A program made the position numbers and the translations under genes. Below, one piece after another: positions 42,398-56,700 of a DNA stretch of 64,000 nt. Below the pieces are notes generated by a model, which ran no database searches, was not told the origin of the DNA, and saw only the letters and a list, made by a program, of their open reading frames with translations. Position 1 is the stretch's first letter, and the number at the start of each line of letters is the position of its first letter. This DNA is from Phoronis australis (Eukaryota; Animalia; Phoronida), in contig NMRA01000007.1 in NCBI GenBank assembly GCA_002633005.1, positions 1,970,569 through 2,034,568 of the forward strand. The letters run 5' to 3'.

Positions 42398-45155
42398 TCT
42401 TGTCCACTTTTTGAGGTGTGACATAAGCCTGGTGTTAGTCAACCAACAGTACCGGCTACAGGGTCTGATCTACATCTCATAACAGTATGCACCAGTGGGG
42501 ATATGTCTGATCGCAGTTGTTGGCCTGCCCAGAGAGCCTGACGCAGCGCGCGGTGCAACTTGGTCATCTTAATCATTCTTATTCATCATTGTTATCACCA
42601 TTCTCATCATCATGATCATTTCTCTCGTCAGATTGCTTGTTGCAAAGGCGTCACCTAATTGTAATGTCACAAAATGTAGTCCCTTGTCGATGTCAGTCTT
42701 ATGCTGTGTGAATGATTCTATGTGGAATTCCAAAAACTCCCTGCTTGCTACACCTGTGGATGTATCGTATTCAAACCTTTTATGCGTAAAGCACAACCTA
42801 TCTTAAATCTCTTGTTTTTTTATGTTGTCTTTATGCAGTGCAATCCTTACTTGTTTTCAAAACTCCACTGAATCAATTTCTTCATGGTATGTCAGTTATC
42901 ACCTTCATCCAAAGTGTCCAAGTTGACATTTTGATATCAAGATAACACCCCTTCTTTCATCTGTCTAATATTAAAATTGTATGCGGGTGTTCATGTCTTG
43001 TGCCCAGCAATTTCTGTCTGAATCGATACGACACGGATGTTCGGGAGTGACATTAGGATGTCATTGTGTTGGAGACTTAGAGCAGGCACAAACTTGTGAC
43101 TGACAGTGTGTGTATCAGGTGAATTTTATCTCCCCGATCTTATCAATCAGGTTTTAGTGTTGAGGAGTTAGTCATGACGACTAGTGCAAGCTACGGTTCT
43201 ACGGTAATAACGGAACCTTTGGTGTGAAGGAACGCGTTCTCTCAGGGATTTCCATCACTTCAGTTTCTGTGAACGAATTGTCACGCGCGACATATTGTTC
43301 CGTGTTGATTTATGTGAGGTGCAGTTACTATTAGTAGCTGGTGCATTGAAGCTCCTTGGTCTCACCGGCTTTGACAAGTAAATGAGAATGTTGAAGCAGA
43401 CAGTTAGGTTTCTAAAATGGTGTATGTTCAGCGTGTCATTCTTTGTAAATCATTTCAAGTGTTTAGCGTCGTTGATGTCTATATTTTATGTGTATCGTGT
43501 TTTACTGTCTTTGTATCAACTGGGAAGACTATCGGTTGGCAGGAAACGTCACACTCTTGCTAGCCTTAGTGCCATTGTTGTGCTAAGTGGCTGATGTGCC
43601 ACTATCAAAGTTATTCAGTGAATGGCCACAGGTTTTACGCACCCCAGGCCTGTAGTCCAAAACAGTTCTGTTCGAATAGTTGATTTCAGCTGATACTCAT
43701 TTCCGATTCAGTTGGTTACCTTTCCATTTGTGTACTTTTGATTTTAAGATGCTTAGTCATTTGTTGTCAACTGAATTCTTTTGTATGGAACAAGTCTGGG
43801 AATGAGTAACTTTTAGAGCAGTCAACTGAGGTCACACCCAGAGGTTGTGATGCCCAGCAATGGTGACATTTTGCTGCTAATGTAAAATCTTGAGTGTAAA
43901 GTGAAGGGTGTTTTGAATAATATACTAATCAGGGGCCTAGGTAAAGCTGAGGTAAAGCACGCACATGGTTACAAATAGAGGAAATGAGTTGTGTTGAAAC
44001 ATTTGTAGCAGGAATATTTGAGACTTTGTTTCTACGAAAGCTCTGGTACACAGATGGATCATTGGTTCAGTCTACTTTGCCCAATGTTGGTATGTTATGG
44101 ACTTCTGTAACAGATTAAAACTTGGTGTCTATACATGGACAAGATGAGCTGTCATTGATATGTTGGGGACTGGTCTGAGCCTACATGTTACAATGGGTAC
44201 AACCCTACAAGTGTAGCAATTGGATCTATCAAATCTCACGGAGATTGCGTTGGTTGCTTGTTTAATGTTCAACATCATATGCCGTTCTGGTTAATTTGCC
44301 TGTGGATCGCATCATGTGTTTGTCCTTGTGGATTAGTGAATCAATTGTTTAAAATGTTTGCGTGGAACCTCAATGGTCTTGGACTATTCTGGCGCAGTTG
44401 GGGAGATGGTGGTAATGAAATGAATGCAAAGAAATTTATTGTGATGCAATGGATTATGCGTTTCCCTGGTGACGTAAGGGAATGCTGCCAAGCGAAATGT
44501 GTAGTCGCGTTTTGCCTAATGATTCTCATGTTAATTTTCTCACAACAACGGCTTGATTTGGCCAGATGTGTTACCATTGTAAATATGACTGCAAGGAAAC
44601 AAAGAGCTCTTTAGGCCTTCAGCAGTACTTGTTTTAATTATTGTGTAGATATGATTTTATTCAGCTAGTGACGAAGAAGTACTGTTGAGGAACTGGGGTG
44701 TGATTCATGTACCTTGTTTTGTAAAGTACCATATTGGCAGTTTTATCTTTGTCATTGCCATCAATACAAGTTAAAACACTATTAAAGTGTTTTATTTGCG
44801 TCTAGTTGTTTTACAAGTTTAACCACAAGGAGCCAGTTTCGTCAAAGGTCATTAGTCCAGTATTTGCAGATTCAATTTTTAACTTGGACAAGGTTCATCA
44901 ACATGGCTCATGAAGGTTGTCACGTTTCAATATGAAAATTATCAGTTATTAATCGACACGTTTTCACTCGTGATGTCGTGTGTTCTGTAATGAGCCTACA
45001 GTCATCTGATCTACAACCGAGCTTAGACATTTGATATAAAACAGGCTGCAATTGTGGTTAACTCACCTGCCAATTTCCATGTCAAGTTGGTGTTTGCACT
45101 TATGGTTCATTTGGCACAGCATTCTCCAAAATGGGCTTGAGGCTGCTTGTAGGAC

Positions 45156-45925
45156 AACAAGAGCAACACGGAGCGTTGAAATCCGCTCACAAATGCACTC
45201 CAAACGGTGTCCTAGGGTGTTTATTTTGATCATGAAAATGGCCACTGGGTGGTGCAAAATACTTCGAATCCATCAAAAAACAGGTAAATGACACCGTTTT
45301 TTTAACAGAAAGCTATTTGCCATATTGCATGAAAATCCGTCAAGGAACTTGAGAGAAACAGAGCAAATGGAAAAAATGAAATTGCCAATTGTTCGTCGGA
45401 TCCGTCTGAAAGTTGTCTTCTGTTGTCCACTTCATATGAATACACGTGCTAACATTTATAAAGATCCTGTAGAGAGCTTTTAAGCTCTCTCTGTTAAAAC
45501 AGATACAGCTAAGGACATATATGCCAATTTTCACAGTTATCCTACGGGCGGTTTGGTTGACGGAAGCCAGATGTTAAAAACAGACAAGAAAACAGCAAAA
45601 ATGGCCACTAGGTGGCACAAAATTTGTTGAATCCTGAAAACGGGAAAATGTAACCGTTTCTTTAAAAGATAGCCTTTCACCAAATTTCATGAAAATTCCA
45701 CGATAAACAGGAAAGCAGAAAAACTGAAATTGCCACTAGGGGGCACAGTGTTCATCAGATCCATCTGAAAGTCGTCCTCTTGTTAACTTCATACGAATAC
45801 AAGTACTAAACTTAATAAAGATCCTGCAGAAGACTCGGGAGATACAGGTATGGGCGCAAAAAAAACTGACACTAGGAGGCACCACAGTAGTCAAAGGCAA
45901 CGGAAAATCATAGTCCATCGTCCTT
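45156..45925 (-). mobile_element. Second copy of the Helentron/DINE-1-like element (may extend to about 46110)
   Basis: Reverse-complement similarity to 4200-4820 and 5453-5518, including AAAATGGCCACTAGGTGGCACAAAA and the terminal CAACACGGAGCGTTG hairpin; lacks the Harbinger insert. Confidence 0.75.
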
Positions 45926-48900
45926 TAAATACGCGACTTGTCCATAAGCCCCAACATAACCCAAGTTTGTTTGGTTTGTGTAGTCTGAAACTAAATTTGG
46001 ACAAGACATTTCCTCTCCACATAATTTTTGCCCTCGGATATCACAAGAGTTACTTGTGGGTGTGTAGCAGATGGTGAATTCCACCATCGACGCAGAAGGT
46101 GGCATTAAACAATTCAAGGCACGCTCGTGCAAAGTACAAGATAAAATGTACAATTTAAATACTTTACTGAACGAAAAACACACAGGATTCTCTGGAATGC
46201 TGGTTCTGTTTAATAAATAAATTCTTACAATTTTCAAAGAATGTAGGAATCCATGCTTCAAATAAATGATACCTTTTAAATTCAAAACATAAACTGACAG
46301 AAAAAAAGAAACCATCCATATGACTGCTAAACACCATTCAGTTGTGAAGCAGTGGCTCCATCTGTTGTGTGGTCAGAGAACTAGCCAAATGTAGCCTCCT
46401 AAGACCAATGCCATTAACTCATTCCAATTAATAAACACAGTTCTCCTGAAATTCAAAAATCACTTCCTAGTCAATACTTGGTGTTTCTTGCAATCAAAAA
46501 ATAGCTGAAAACGTGTCTAACAACTTCAATTATGTTACAGCTCTATTAGGACGATTGGTGTCTTTCCTCACAAGTGAAAACAGATGTTTGTGAAATCCCT
46601 CCCCTTATATATATACTTAACCGGGTTATCACTGGGGAACTTGAAATCAGAGAGGATATTAAGCTGAGTACTGGCGCCTAAAACAAAATTTTTGATGACA
46701 CGGTGGGCGCAAACCAGAATGGTAGATCAGGTTAATGATAAAGCGTGTTTATTGACATTGAACATCGTGTGCTCGAATCAAATAAAACATCCGCAGATTG
46801 TAGACAAAGTAGTAAGGAGTTTACTGTCTCGAATAGAGTGATTGCGCACATTATTTCGTGACCCAGCTTTTCATGCAGCACCTACTTTTAGACTTTCCAG
46901 TGCAAACGTTACTCATCCAATGAGACGCCAGTGGATTGATCACAAGAACGCTTTCATTTTTTCACACATAAGTACGATAATTAGAAAAGAACCATTTCAT
47001 GTCTTCAGAAAAGAGAAGGGAAAGTATAGTATTTTCCACCCTGAAAACACCAAGGTTCCACTGAAACTGACCATTATTTATAGTAGGGAGCTAAAATTCT
47101 GATAAGACAATCATCCTTTTAGGAGGTCTTGACCGTATCAATTGGGGGTCAAGCGAAACATGGGCACATAAAAGTGATATTTTGGAAATTTCGAGGGTGG
47201 GTGGCAAACTGAGCATGGAGATTAACCCGGAAAAGTATTGTAGTTTTAAGAAACAAACCCTAACACAAATGACACGGACAGAATTACAAAAGTGGCATGT
47301 GCAATTTTTGCACAAAAAGTGATGGAAGGGTTTAGAAAACAAAACACTCAGACTTGACTTTTAATAGCAGCACCCTCAAACCACTTAAGGACGGATTAAA
47401 ATGCAGAACAGCAGTAGGGAATTCGAAATTATGTAGATGGCACTAGTGCAAAATGACCTAATTATAAAAATGCCTGCAATTCTGTAATCGCATAAAAACA
47501 TGTCACAAATGCCTCCATGTTGATGAAGCACGTTCTGCTCCATCTATTGAGATGTTACAACGAGGGAAATTTCTTCAATAGTGCCATCTAGTGACCATCG
47601 AGTACCCTAGTGGGACCCCTTAAAATATGCAGAGAAAATGAACAAACATCCCAACCATTAAGTACAGTAACATACACACACATTTTTCGTCCTATAACTT
47701 AGCCCGAGAGAGAATGTCCTTCCAAATTAACAAATACTGAAAGATCTGCAGTGTATGGTGTACAGACCCTGATTTTCCATTTCCAAAAACAGAGAAATCT
47801 GTTAAGTAAACATTACAATTTTGTTTTCCTATTGGTTTGTAAACTAGCAAATCGCGCTTAACCAGTCCAAAGTGATAACAAGAAAATGACTTGGGAATTT
47901 TGCTTCACATTTACTAATGAGTTATGCAACAGCTCCGTTTTACCGAAAACTAGCTTCACGCCATATTTATTGTCCCTCAAAACAGGAAAAACAACAGCAT
48001 CACCTTCAGAACCTACTTGAACATGTTGGCTGCAAAACATCTAATCGATTTGTGGCCAGAATCATGGAATTTGATGGACTTCATGCTCACTTTTTTAAAT
48101 TAAAAAACCAAGAATATTATAATTATTTATCTGCAACTGAAATATTTGAATTCAGTTCAAAACCACAAAATCCGCAAGAGAAGTCAGATTCCGTCTGTGT
48201 TCTGTTATCATAGAAAATCAGGATCTCCAAGGGTGAGATCAGTACATGAAAGGATATTTTTACGAGTGGATTCAAGTTATTACCTAGGGGCAGGAAATAG
48301 AAACATGCAAAATGAGCGCAACTATAACTGCTGACATTTCAGCTCGACTCAGTTTCGTATCATTCTAGTCACAATACGTAAACATCTAGCGGATAGATGC
48401 TACCCGATCAATTTAAATCCACCCGTTTACAAGTTAAACACAAATTCCAGTGGAAAGGATGCCACGGAAAAACACTACAGATTCACTCTAACAATGCAAA
48501 GAACACTGGCACATGGTCGTAACACACTGAGCTCTTACCGTTGTCCCTCATCGAGAGCTAAATATAAATGAACTACTGTTATCTCTCCAACGACATCTGA
48601 TCATGAGGTACTATCATAGTTATTTTGCACAAAAATAGTAGCTAAAACTGTCTTCTTTTAAAACTGACTACAGAGCTACAAATTGTCACAATACGGTTTA
48701 TGAGATATTAACTTTACATCATGTTTTGTGCTAAATAAGTGATGAATAAGCCTTCTCCAATTTTAACAAATAGCTATACAACAAGCTTAGTGTCTCCAGC
48801 TTGTTACAATAAACCTCTATTTGTCAGTATTCAATGAACGTGAAACTGTTTGCTCAGAACTATATGAATGGCCCTCAGACTCATTGGGGATCTGTACATC

Positions 48901-50744
48901 CAAGGACTCATCACAGAATAAAAGCAAGGCAAGAACAGTTGAAAAGATTTTTCTATCTTGGGCAAGCCCAAATATGTTCATAGGCCCGGGCATACATTAT
49001 GTTTTATTAATTAAACTACTGGCAGATTTAGGCTGTCTTAAAAGGTGGGCCGGACCAAAATTTTTTAAGGAAAAATGTCAGCGTCAGCCTAAAAATGGTA
49101 CATCAACAACATCTTTTCTAATTCTGGTCATGCATGGGGGGAACCGGCCCCCTGGCCCCCTAAAGGCCTTTTTTTAATTCATTGCCAAGAAGCAGTTCAC
49201 ATGAGTCTCTTGATACTGAAACTGGATCTGGAAACTGTTTGAACAAGCGCAACTTAACCCTAGCATTAAGAATGCAAAATGCTGAAACAGAACAGGAATG
49301 CGCAATAGCACCATAAACAAGTTATTATTGGAAAAAATGGATACAGAAAACTACAGGAAAGAGACAATGATTAAGAACTGTCACAATAAAAGCTAAGACA
49401 ATAACGTCTCCAAAAGTCTGCAACAGCATAACTTAGAGACATACTTTATAACCCAAATAACAATAGTATTTTAAAATCTACTTCAGGAAGCACATTTTGC
49501 ATCACAATCACTTGACACAACATGGACGGACAGCACACTAGTGTGAGAATACGTGTAATGTGAACAAACGTAGAACTTACAATAACACAGTAAATACTTT
49601 ACAATAACACTCATTGGTCAAACTCGTTATGCTATGGGATCAATTTAATGTAATGTTAACGTGCCAGGTCACAAATTATGTTCTGGTAACCAGCCAGGAT
49701 ACATAACAGTGTGAACAAGATTGCACCACCTATTTTGAGCATCATATCAGATGAGAGTATTGTTCATTTGACTCAAACACTGATTTGGGCACAAATCCAA
49801 AGTGTCACTATCAGAAAAAAAGTAAATTGGAAAATATAACGACTGGAATTACCAATTTCCATAAATCATAACAATAAAGTAATTGCTGAATGTTATGCTT
49901 TTGCAACGCAGCTGTGGCAGAACACACAGGACCAATGACCCCCATGTCACAGACGAAGGCGTATTTTAAGAGGGGTGAAGAGGGAAGTGACGTTAGTTTG
50001 AGTCACGGTTCATGCAAGAAAAAATACCGACTTCAGGATGACACGCCAGATTTTTGTTCCTTTCTCTCCTTTGTCATCCCAGTTCAAGTTCACAAATTTG
50101 GACTACTTTCATTATTAACAAAATTAAATACATTGTTAAAGTCAAACCAAAGCTCATGGGAGCAATGACCACAAATTTCACGATCAAGCATATCAAAATA
50201 CCATTTCACGGGCTATTAGAAACCTTCACCTTTGCAGTGACCAGAATGGAGATCCTATTTTCATGAAAACTACCATATGAACTAAATAAACGCGAAATAC
50301 GAATTACAAAGCAGGTTACCGAACCACACATGGTATGTGTTAAAATTTCCCACACCATGATCAAAATTGTTTCTCATCCCCAAACAGATCGTTGAGTGTA
50401 CGAGCATGTAAAGAGTATCAAAAAGGATTCAGTTTTGACAAGGCTGGCAAATCCCTCCAAAACTGGACCTCTCCATAGCAAATGCAAGTTATCTCCCAAT
50501 GTCTTTTGATGGCTGCAACCAAAGAAAACTTTTGAGACCAGTTTGTTGCAGTTCATCAATCTATTCATGATTTTTGTGTTGAAGCCATGACAATGAATGA
50601 AATGACCTTTTAAGACATTTCCCCAGAAGGAAAGAGTCATTGGTCCTACATGCACTAACAGTCCCCATTGGTTTGTAGAAGCTTGCCAGGTGACTAGTAT
50701 CTGAGAGTAGCAGACATAGGATAACGGCACACGACACAACAGAT

Positions 50745-53700
50745 TCAGTCTTTCTTACCAACAACTTCGCTCCTTAGACGAGCTGCAATTGCTTTTCTCA
50801 TTGCCAATTTTTTCTCATCCTCTGCCGAGGTCACCTCTCCCGTCATGGCCGATCGAGCCACTCGGGCAGACTTCGGACGAGATGATCCTGTTTGGCTCTT
50901 CTCGTGTGTGATCAATTGCTTCTCGCGCTCCTTCTGCTTCCTTGCCACAAGTTTTGCACGTTGCTCTTGTAAGAACTTCTGCCGTCTTTCCAACTCTTCT
51001 GGCGAAAGCTGCTGAAACGCCTCCTATAGGCAAAATTCCACGTATGAAGCATGACTGTCTCATATGCAGTCAAACTGCATTATTGCGAGTCTGATTAAAA
51101 GCATTAGCTCACTTATATAGCATTCCACAGAGTCAAAGTGGGAATCGTTTCTAAATCATTCGGCCAAATAATCACCAAGGAAGTAGTTAGCCTGTGAATT
51201 CCACTTCATGACTTACCACAGCCTTTTGCAGGGCAGTGTTACTGTCCTTGCTCTCTGACTCGGACAGAGCAGATTGTAGCCACTTGTTAGCTGCATCCTC
51301 CCCAGAAACGCCTTCACTTCTTGTCACAGCTATCTTCGGCGCTGGCTGTTTAGCAGGAGCAGCAACTGGCTGAAAACGAGGCTCACACGCTACACAGTAT
51401 GTCAGCTTTGAAGGAACACTTTTAAGCTTTTGGCTTTATCTAACTTTCCTTTCAATTCCAAACAGCGGCGAGAGGCAGATTATGAATAATTGGAAGAAAC
51501 AATTTACGAGAATCAGGAAAAGAATCAGAACTTAATCTTTCGAACTGCACTTACAAAATCAAAATAACATCAATTCGTTCGCTAATATGGTCTTTTCGAT
51601 TATCTTAAGCTATAGTACATACGCAACGCAAAAGCCCTTTTACCCACGCGACTAGTAACAGTCAATTAGCATGGTAGTACAGAAATAATGAAGCAAAATC
51701 TGCTTATAACACCACTCAAAAAAAAACTTTGTGAAGTCATAAAATTAATACAATTATTCGCTTGAGCTGAACCTTTTGCAACGAAAACTTTCTGACAATA
51801 AATTAATCATAATCTGTCCAGGCTCCTAACGATTCCTACAGTACAAGACAAAAGTAATCCATCAAAATACTGTTAACTGCTAATGATGGCCAATTTCATT
51901 AGCAGCAAAAATGACTTGTACCAACTATAAGGGCGGCAAAATTCTAATTAGAGACTGGTTTAGCCACCTTACTAACTCTCCTGTTAATCCACCTTCATTC
52001 TCGGTCATGAGAAGATTACTGTGACGATAAAATGACTGGTACCTACTATAACGGTGGCAAAATTCTAATTAAATAATGGCTTTTAGCCACTTTGCTAACT
52101 CTCCTGTTAATCCACCTTCATTCTTGGTCATGAGAAGATTACTGTGACGATAAAATGACTGGTACCTACTATAACGGTGGCAAAATTCTAATTAAAGAAT
52201 GGCTTTTAGCCACCTTACTAACTTTCCTGTTAATTATCCTTTTGTTCTTAGTTAGGCTGGAAGATGACTCTGACGATTAATTCGCCTTCCGCTCAGGCAT
52301 CATGAATTCCTGGTCATTTTGTCAGAATACTTTTGGCTTTTATTGAATAACATCAACATCTATCGGAAGCAACTCAAAATATTGTTAATCTTACTTTAGC
52401 TGCTGCGGGAGGAGGCTTGGTCTCACTTTTCGCCTTGTCATCAATGACCAAGTCTTTCATCGCCTAAAATAAACAGTCAATGCAGTTAAGCAAACAATTG
52501 CTATTCCATGCCATAACAGTTCTATAGTTTCATCAAATTTCAAAATTATGCAGGACTTAGAAAAAAAAACATTATGATGAAAATTCTTTAATTTGGGACA
52601 GGAATAATTGCAAGAATTGCAATATTTCTATTTTTCAGAGGCTTAACACATTGTTGCAAATGCTCAAAATTTTACCAAATATTGTTTGGTAATAGCTATG
52701 TCATACAAACCATGCTAGAAGCAAGCTAAATTTTCTTGGTAAGTTATTTTTGTTGAGAAATTTGAGAAAATGAAGTTTCACCTGTCAGCCATGCTGTGTT
52801 CCAAACTGAAGAATTTTTGCAGTACAAGATTAAAAAATTGGCCTGAGGCATTTTTATGCAATTTCGTTGATTTTCTGATGAGAAAATGTCCGTTTTTAAA
52901 ACAACTGTATTAGAAGTAATTTCCTGGACCCACTTGTGCACAAACCAAACCAATTAGTTCAGATTTCAAGTTGACTAGTCTGCCCAAAGCCGTCATACAA
53001 CCGTTACTGTCGTCTGCCACCCTCACGCCACTTATCACCTGTTGGACAGCAGCTGTTTCTTTCTGTTTGATATTTTCAAGAGCTACAGCCTCTTTCTGAA
53101 TGACTTCAACCACCTTTTTTGCTTCAGCCGTCGACTTCTCTGCAGGCAGATCTGGTTCACTGGACAATACAATGAAGTGACTATCAATGATATGACCCAC
53201 TTAGTCAAAGTACTGATCCAAAACAACATACTACTTTTCTAGAACAACACATTTGAATTTTGAAATTCAATTTAAAATTCGTTTTATCTGATTACAAAAC
53301 AGAAATGAGGATGTGAGCAGTTTATAGATCTATTAAATTACCGTACTTTAACACAGCAACCAGCACAAGGTGCTCAGAGTTCTTTCCCCCGTCCGGAGCA
53401 GCAGGGTCAGTCTTATCACCACCTCCTTTAGTACTGTTGGAATCATCAACTACGGGTATGAGAGACTCGGGCAACTGTCCATATTGCTTCATAAGCAACA
53501 TCATAGCTTGCTGCTGCAACTCGAGGTTTCGCTGACGCATCAGGTGGCGAAATAATGAATAGCTCTCAGCAGCTAGCACTTGCTCAAACACGTTCTGACA
53601 AAAGACGATAAGAATTTAATGTCTGAGAAAACTAAACAAGGCAGTGAACATGACCAATGAATAAAACATGACCAAAAACTGAACAAGACCATAAACAGTG

Positions 53701-56700
53701 CCATATGTTAAAACAAATCCCAGCACTTCTGATGAGTATTTAGCACCTTTGACACAAGAACACAGACCCATCGTGAAACTTGGAGATATCTCACTTGCAC
53801 CTAGATGCAAAATATAAACAAAATCTACCAGCTTTCGCCTTCTAGGACATAAACAAAAGACATTCTTTTAAAAAGCTCCCGGTTTTGGCCAGAGTGCAAG
53901 AATATTGTTCAGGAATTGGTGACCACAAATGTCCACCAATACCCATTTTATGATACAGCAACGATATGGTGAAATTTTCTGGATTGTAAGATAGTGATAG
54001 AGTAATTTGTGTCCAAATAATAAATGTCAACTGTGCTCTTTCATGTAACTTGGATGGATATTTTGAAGGAGAGGAATTTCACAGCGTTTCTTTAAAGTCT
54101 TTCCTACCACCAAGTCCTTAAATCACTTTTGTTGAAAGTTATAATGCTCAAATAATTCATATAAAAAGTCCAATGTCATAAATTTCCATAAATGGAAGAA
54201 ATGGCAATTCGTCTTTCTTAACTCTGCTCGTCTTGACCTCCAGGATTTGGAATTAGGTCACAGGGCACACAGAAACTGTGCTAAAGAGTTCCAAATTGGA
54301 CATTTTCGAATGCCAGAGGAGATGTATTTCTTTGTCATCAGGATTTTATTGCAGTGCATGTCAAGGATAGCAGAATAAAATTCTGTTTCCAAGTCACAAT
54401 GTATAATAACCAGTCGTGTCTCATAATTCCGGTCATTCTGACAGCAAATTTCACTTGCACTCGGCCATGGTGACAGAGAGTTACTTGCGCTTAGATGCGA
54501 CAGAGAATTCCAGATCATTCTGTCAGATTATTTTTGGCGTTTACTATAAAATGATACACCAAAGGGGACAATATCAAATCGCCAATCACTGGGTAACAGG
54601 ACTAAATATCTATGGCCTTGATGTGACTAAAAGTATTAATTGGAAATGGATATCTCAAAACAGAAACAACAAATAAGCTCTCTTTACATATAGTGAGCAC
54701 AAAATTAGCATAATCTAAGGGTCAAAATGTTGTTGAAACAAGAAGCATCTGAAATGCTTGTATTTGCTCCTGTTCGTTGCAAACCTGCGATAAACACTGT
54801 AAAAGCTTACCTTGAAAACCTCTCGTAAGTCAGGTTTTTTATTCATATCCGAAAGCTTCTTTACTATTTCTTCATGACTAAGACCAGAATCTTGTCTAAA
54901 TCCTTCAAGTATAGCAGTAACCTAAAACCCAAGCATGGGAGCAATAACCAACAAAATTTGAGGACTCAAATGACTGTGAACACAGCGAACCAAAAGTCGC
55001 CAAGGCATGATGATAAAATCTAGCAGAAATTCCTCAGTTTAGAATTGAAGAAATTTTACCATAGATGCGCAAAATATTCACACGGGAAAATGGTGACCCC
55101 CGCCTAGGTTTATCTTGTAACTGTAAAGACTGTGACTGTGGCACGTTTGCATATGGCAGCATTGTAGTCAAATGCCGTGGAACGTATCAATAAGACTATC
55201 ACCCATTTCCGTCCTTTCTTGAAAATCACATGAAATATGTCCATAAAATTTTTGCAATCGAACTAATGGACAAAAAGCTTTTTACAGGCTAAGGAGCAAC
55301 CTACTGGATGGCACTGTTACATGCCTACAACATATAGCGCATGGAAACAATTGGAAACGTCTGTCAAACAAATAAGAAAGTCTTCTGTTTTCTAAAAGGA
55401 GACAAGCAGACTTGAATATATCCTTCACGAAGAACCATAACGGGGCTCTCGTGTTTTTAGCTAAGGTGTTTAGTGCACTGGGCCCAACCACAAGGCCTGC
55501 ACACGTCTGATGCACCACAAATGACATCAGGCCATCTGCACTCTTTTTTAACGAAGAAACAAAACTAAAAAACATCAAGTCCTACTAGAGGTTAGTAATA
55601 ATATTTACACCAACTTTCAAAGGAATTTTGGAAATTTGGTGGATTTATTTAATTTTGAACATAAAAATCCGATAACAATTTAGAGACAGTTTTACCTATA
55701 TGAATAAAAAATGACATATGTTTAGTTTCAATGATCTTGATGACAAAAACGAAACCGGTTGTAAGTGAAGATTTTTACAATACTTGGCATACTGCAATGT
55801 TGCCTTTCTTGTCATCGTCCACCAAAATCAGCAATTGTCACTTACGGGTATCCTGGATTTTGAGAACCAGTTTGATGTCCCCTTATTCAGCGTGGAAAAC
55901 TGGTTCTCAAAATGGTGGACACCTGCAAGGGACTATTACCGCAACCTCTAGACACTTAATCACATTTCAGCCAAGAATGTCAGCATCTACTGTACATTTC
56001 GAGAGGGTTGCAGCAGCGATCCGTCCTAGGGGTCACCAATCATATGAATGAAAAACAAAAAAGTTACTGTGGGAATGCATTCCACATGGACACTCATGCA
56101 GTAATTAATTAACAAGAGATTCATTTCACCCAGTGTTTTGAACAGCACTAGGCAACTATACAAGATAAGTGCTATAAGCAGACTGGACAGTGTCATTGAA
56201 ATAATCAATATGTCATTCTTCAGAGCTATACATGAAGACATGCGAAAGGGATCAATCATACACCGGCTTCAGGAATTCCCAGTTGATTATGCGCTGGGCA
56301 AAATGATTTACCATATCTAAGAAAGGGACAAACAAACAACATATTTCATTGCCCCATCATAAAATACTAGAGGGTGCTTGAACAGCCACAATACTACATA
56401 TACTTTTCGAACTAGATGACATACTGCTGTTGTGTGCTGGTCATTTTTATATAATTATCAAAATATTTAAATAAAATCAAGTTTGTTGTTCCAAGTAAAT
56501 ATTTCTGTAGTGCTAAGAGGTGTGTCGGAGGGCATTGACAAGCTGGACCCTCATTGGATAATGTATGATGCATTGTTCTCTTATGACAAAGAAAAAAGTG
56601 CTAGAGATTTCAAAAACTAAAACAAACACCGAATTCAACTCAATTCTTTTACGAAAGAATTAAAACGCATTGCACGATTTACCTAGTTTTCCAAACATAG

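Noticed and set aside
44258-44614. 118-aa ORF downstream of PPP4R3
   Set aside because: Non-ATG start, no motifs, and it lies in the probable 3'UTR.
51907-52279. CRISPR-like array (also considered for 5113-5373, 23111-23190 and 36562-36690)
   Set aside because: Whole units repeat without unique spacers, there are no cas genes, and the context is eukaryotic.
54418-54535. Possible structured RNA or poison exon in CFAP36 intron 3
   Set aside because: Only short direct and inverted matches; no convincing snoRNA boxes or donor site.
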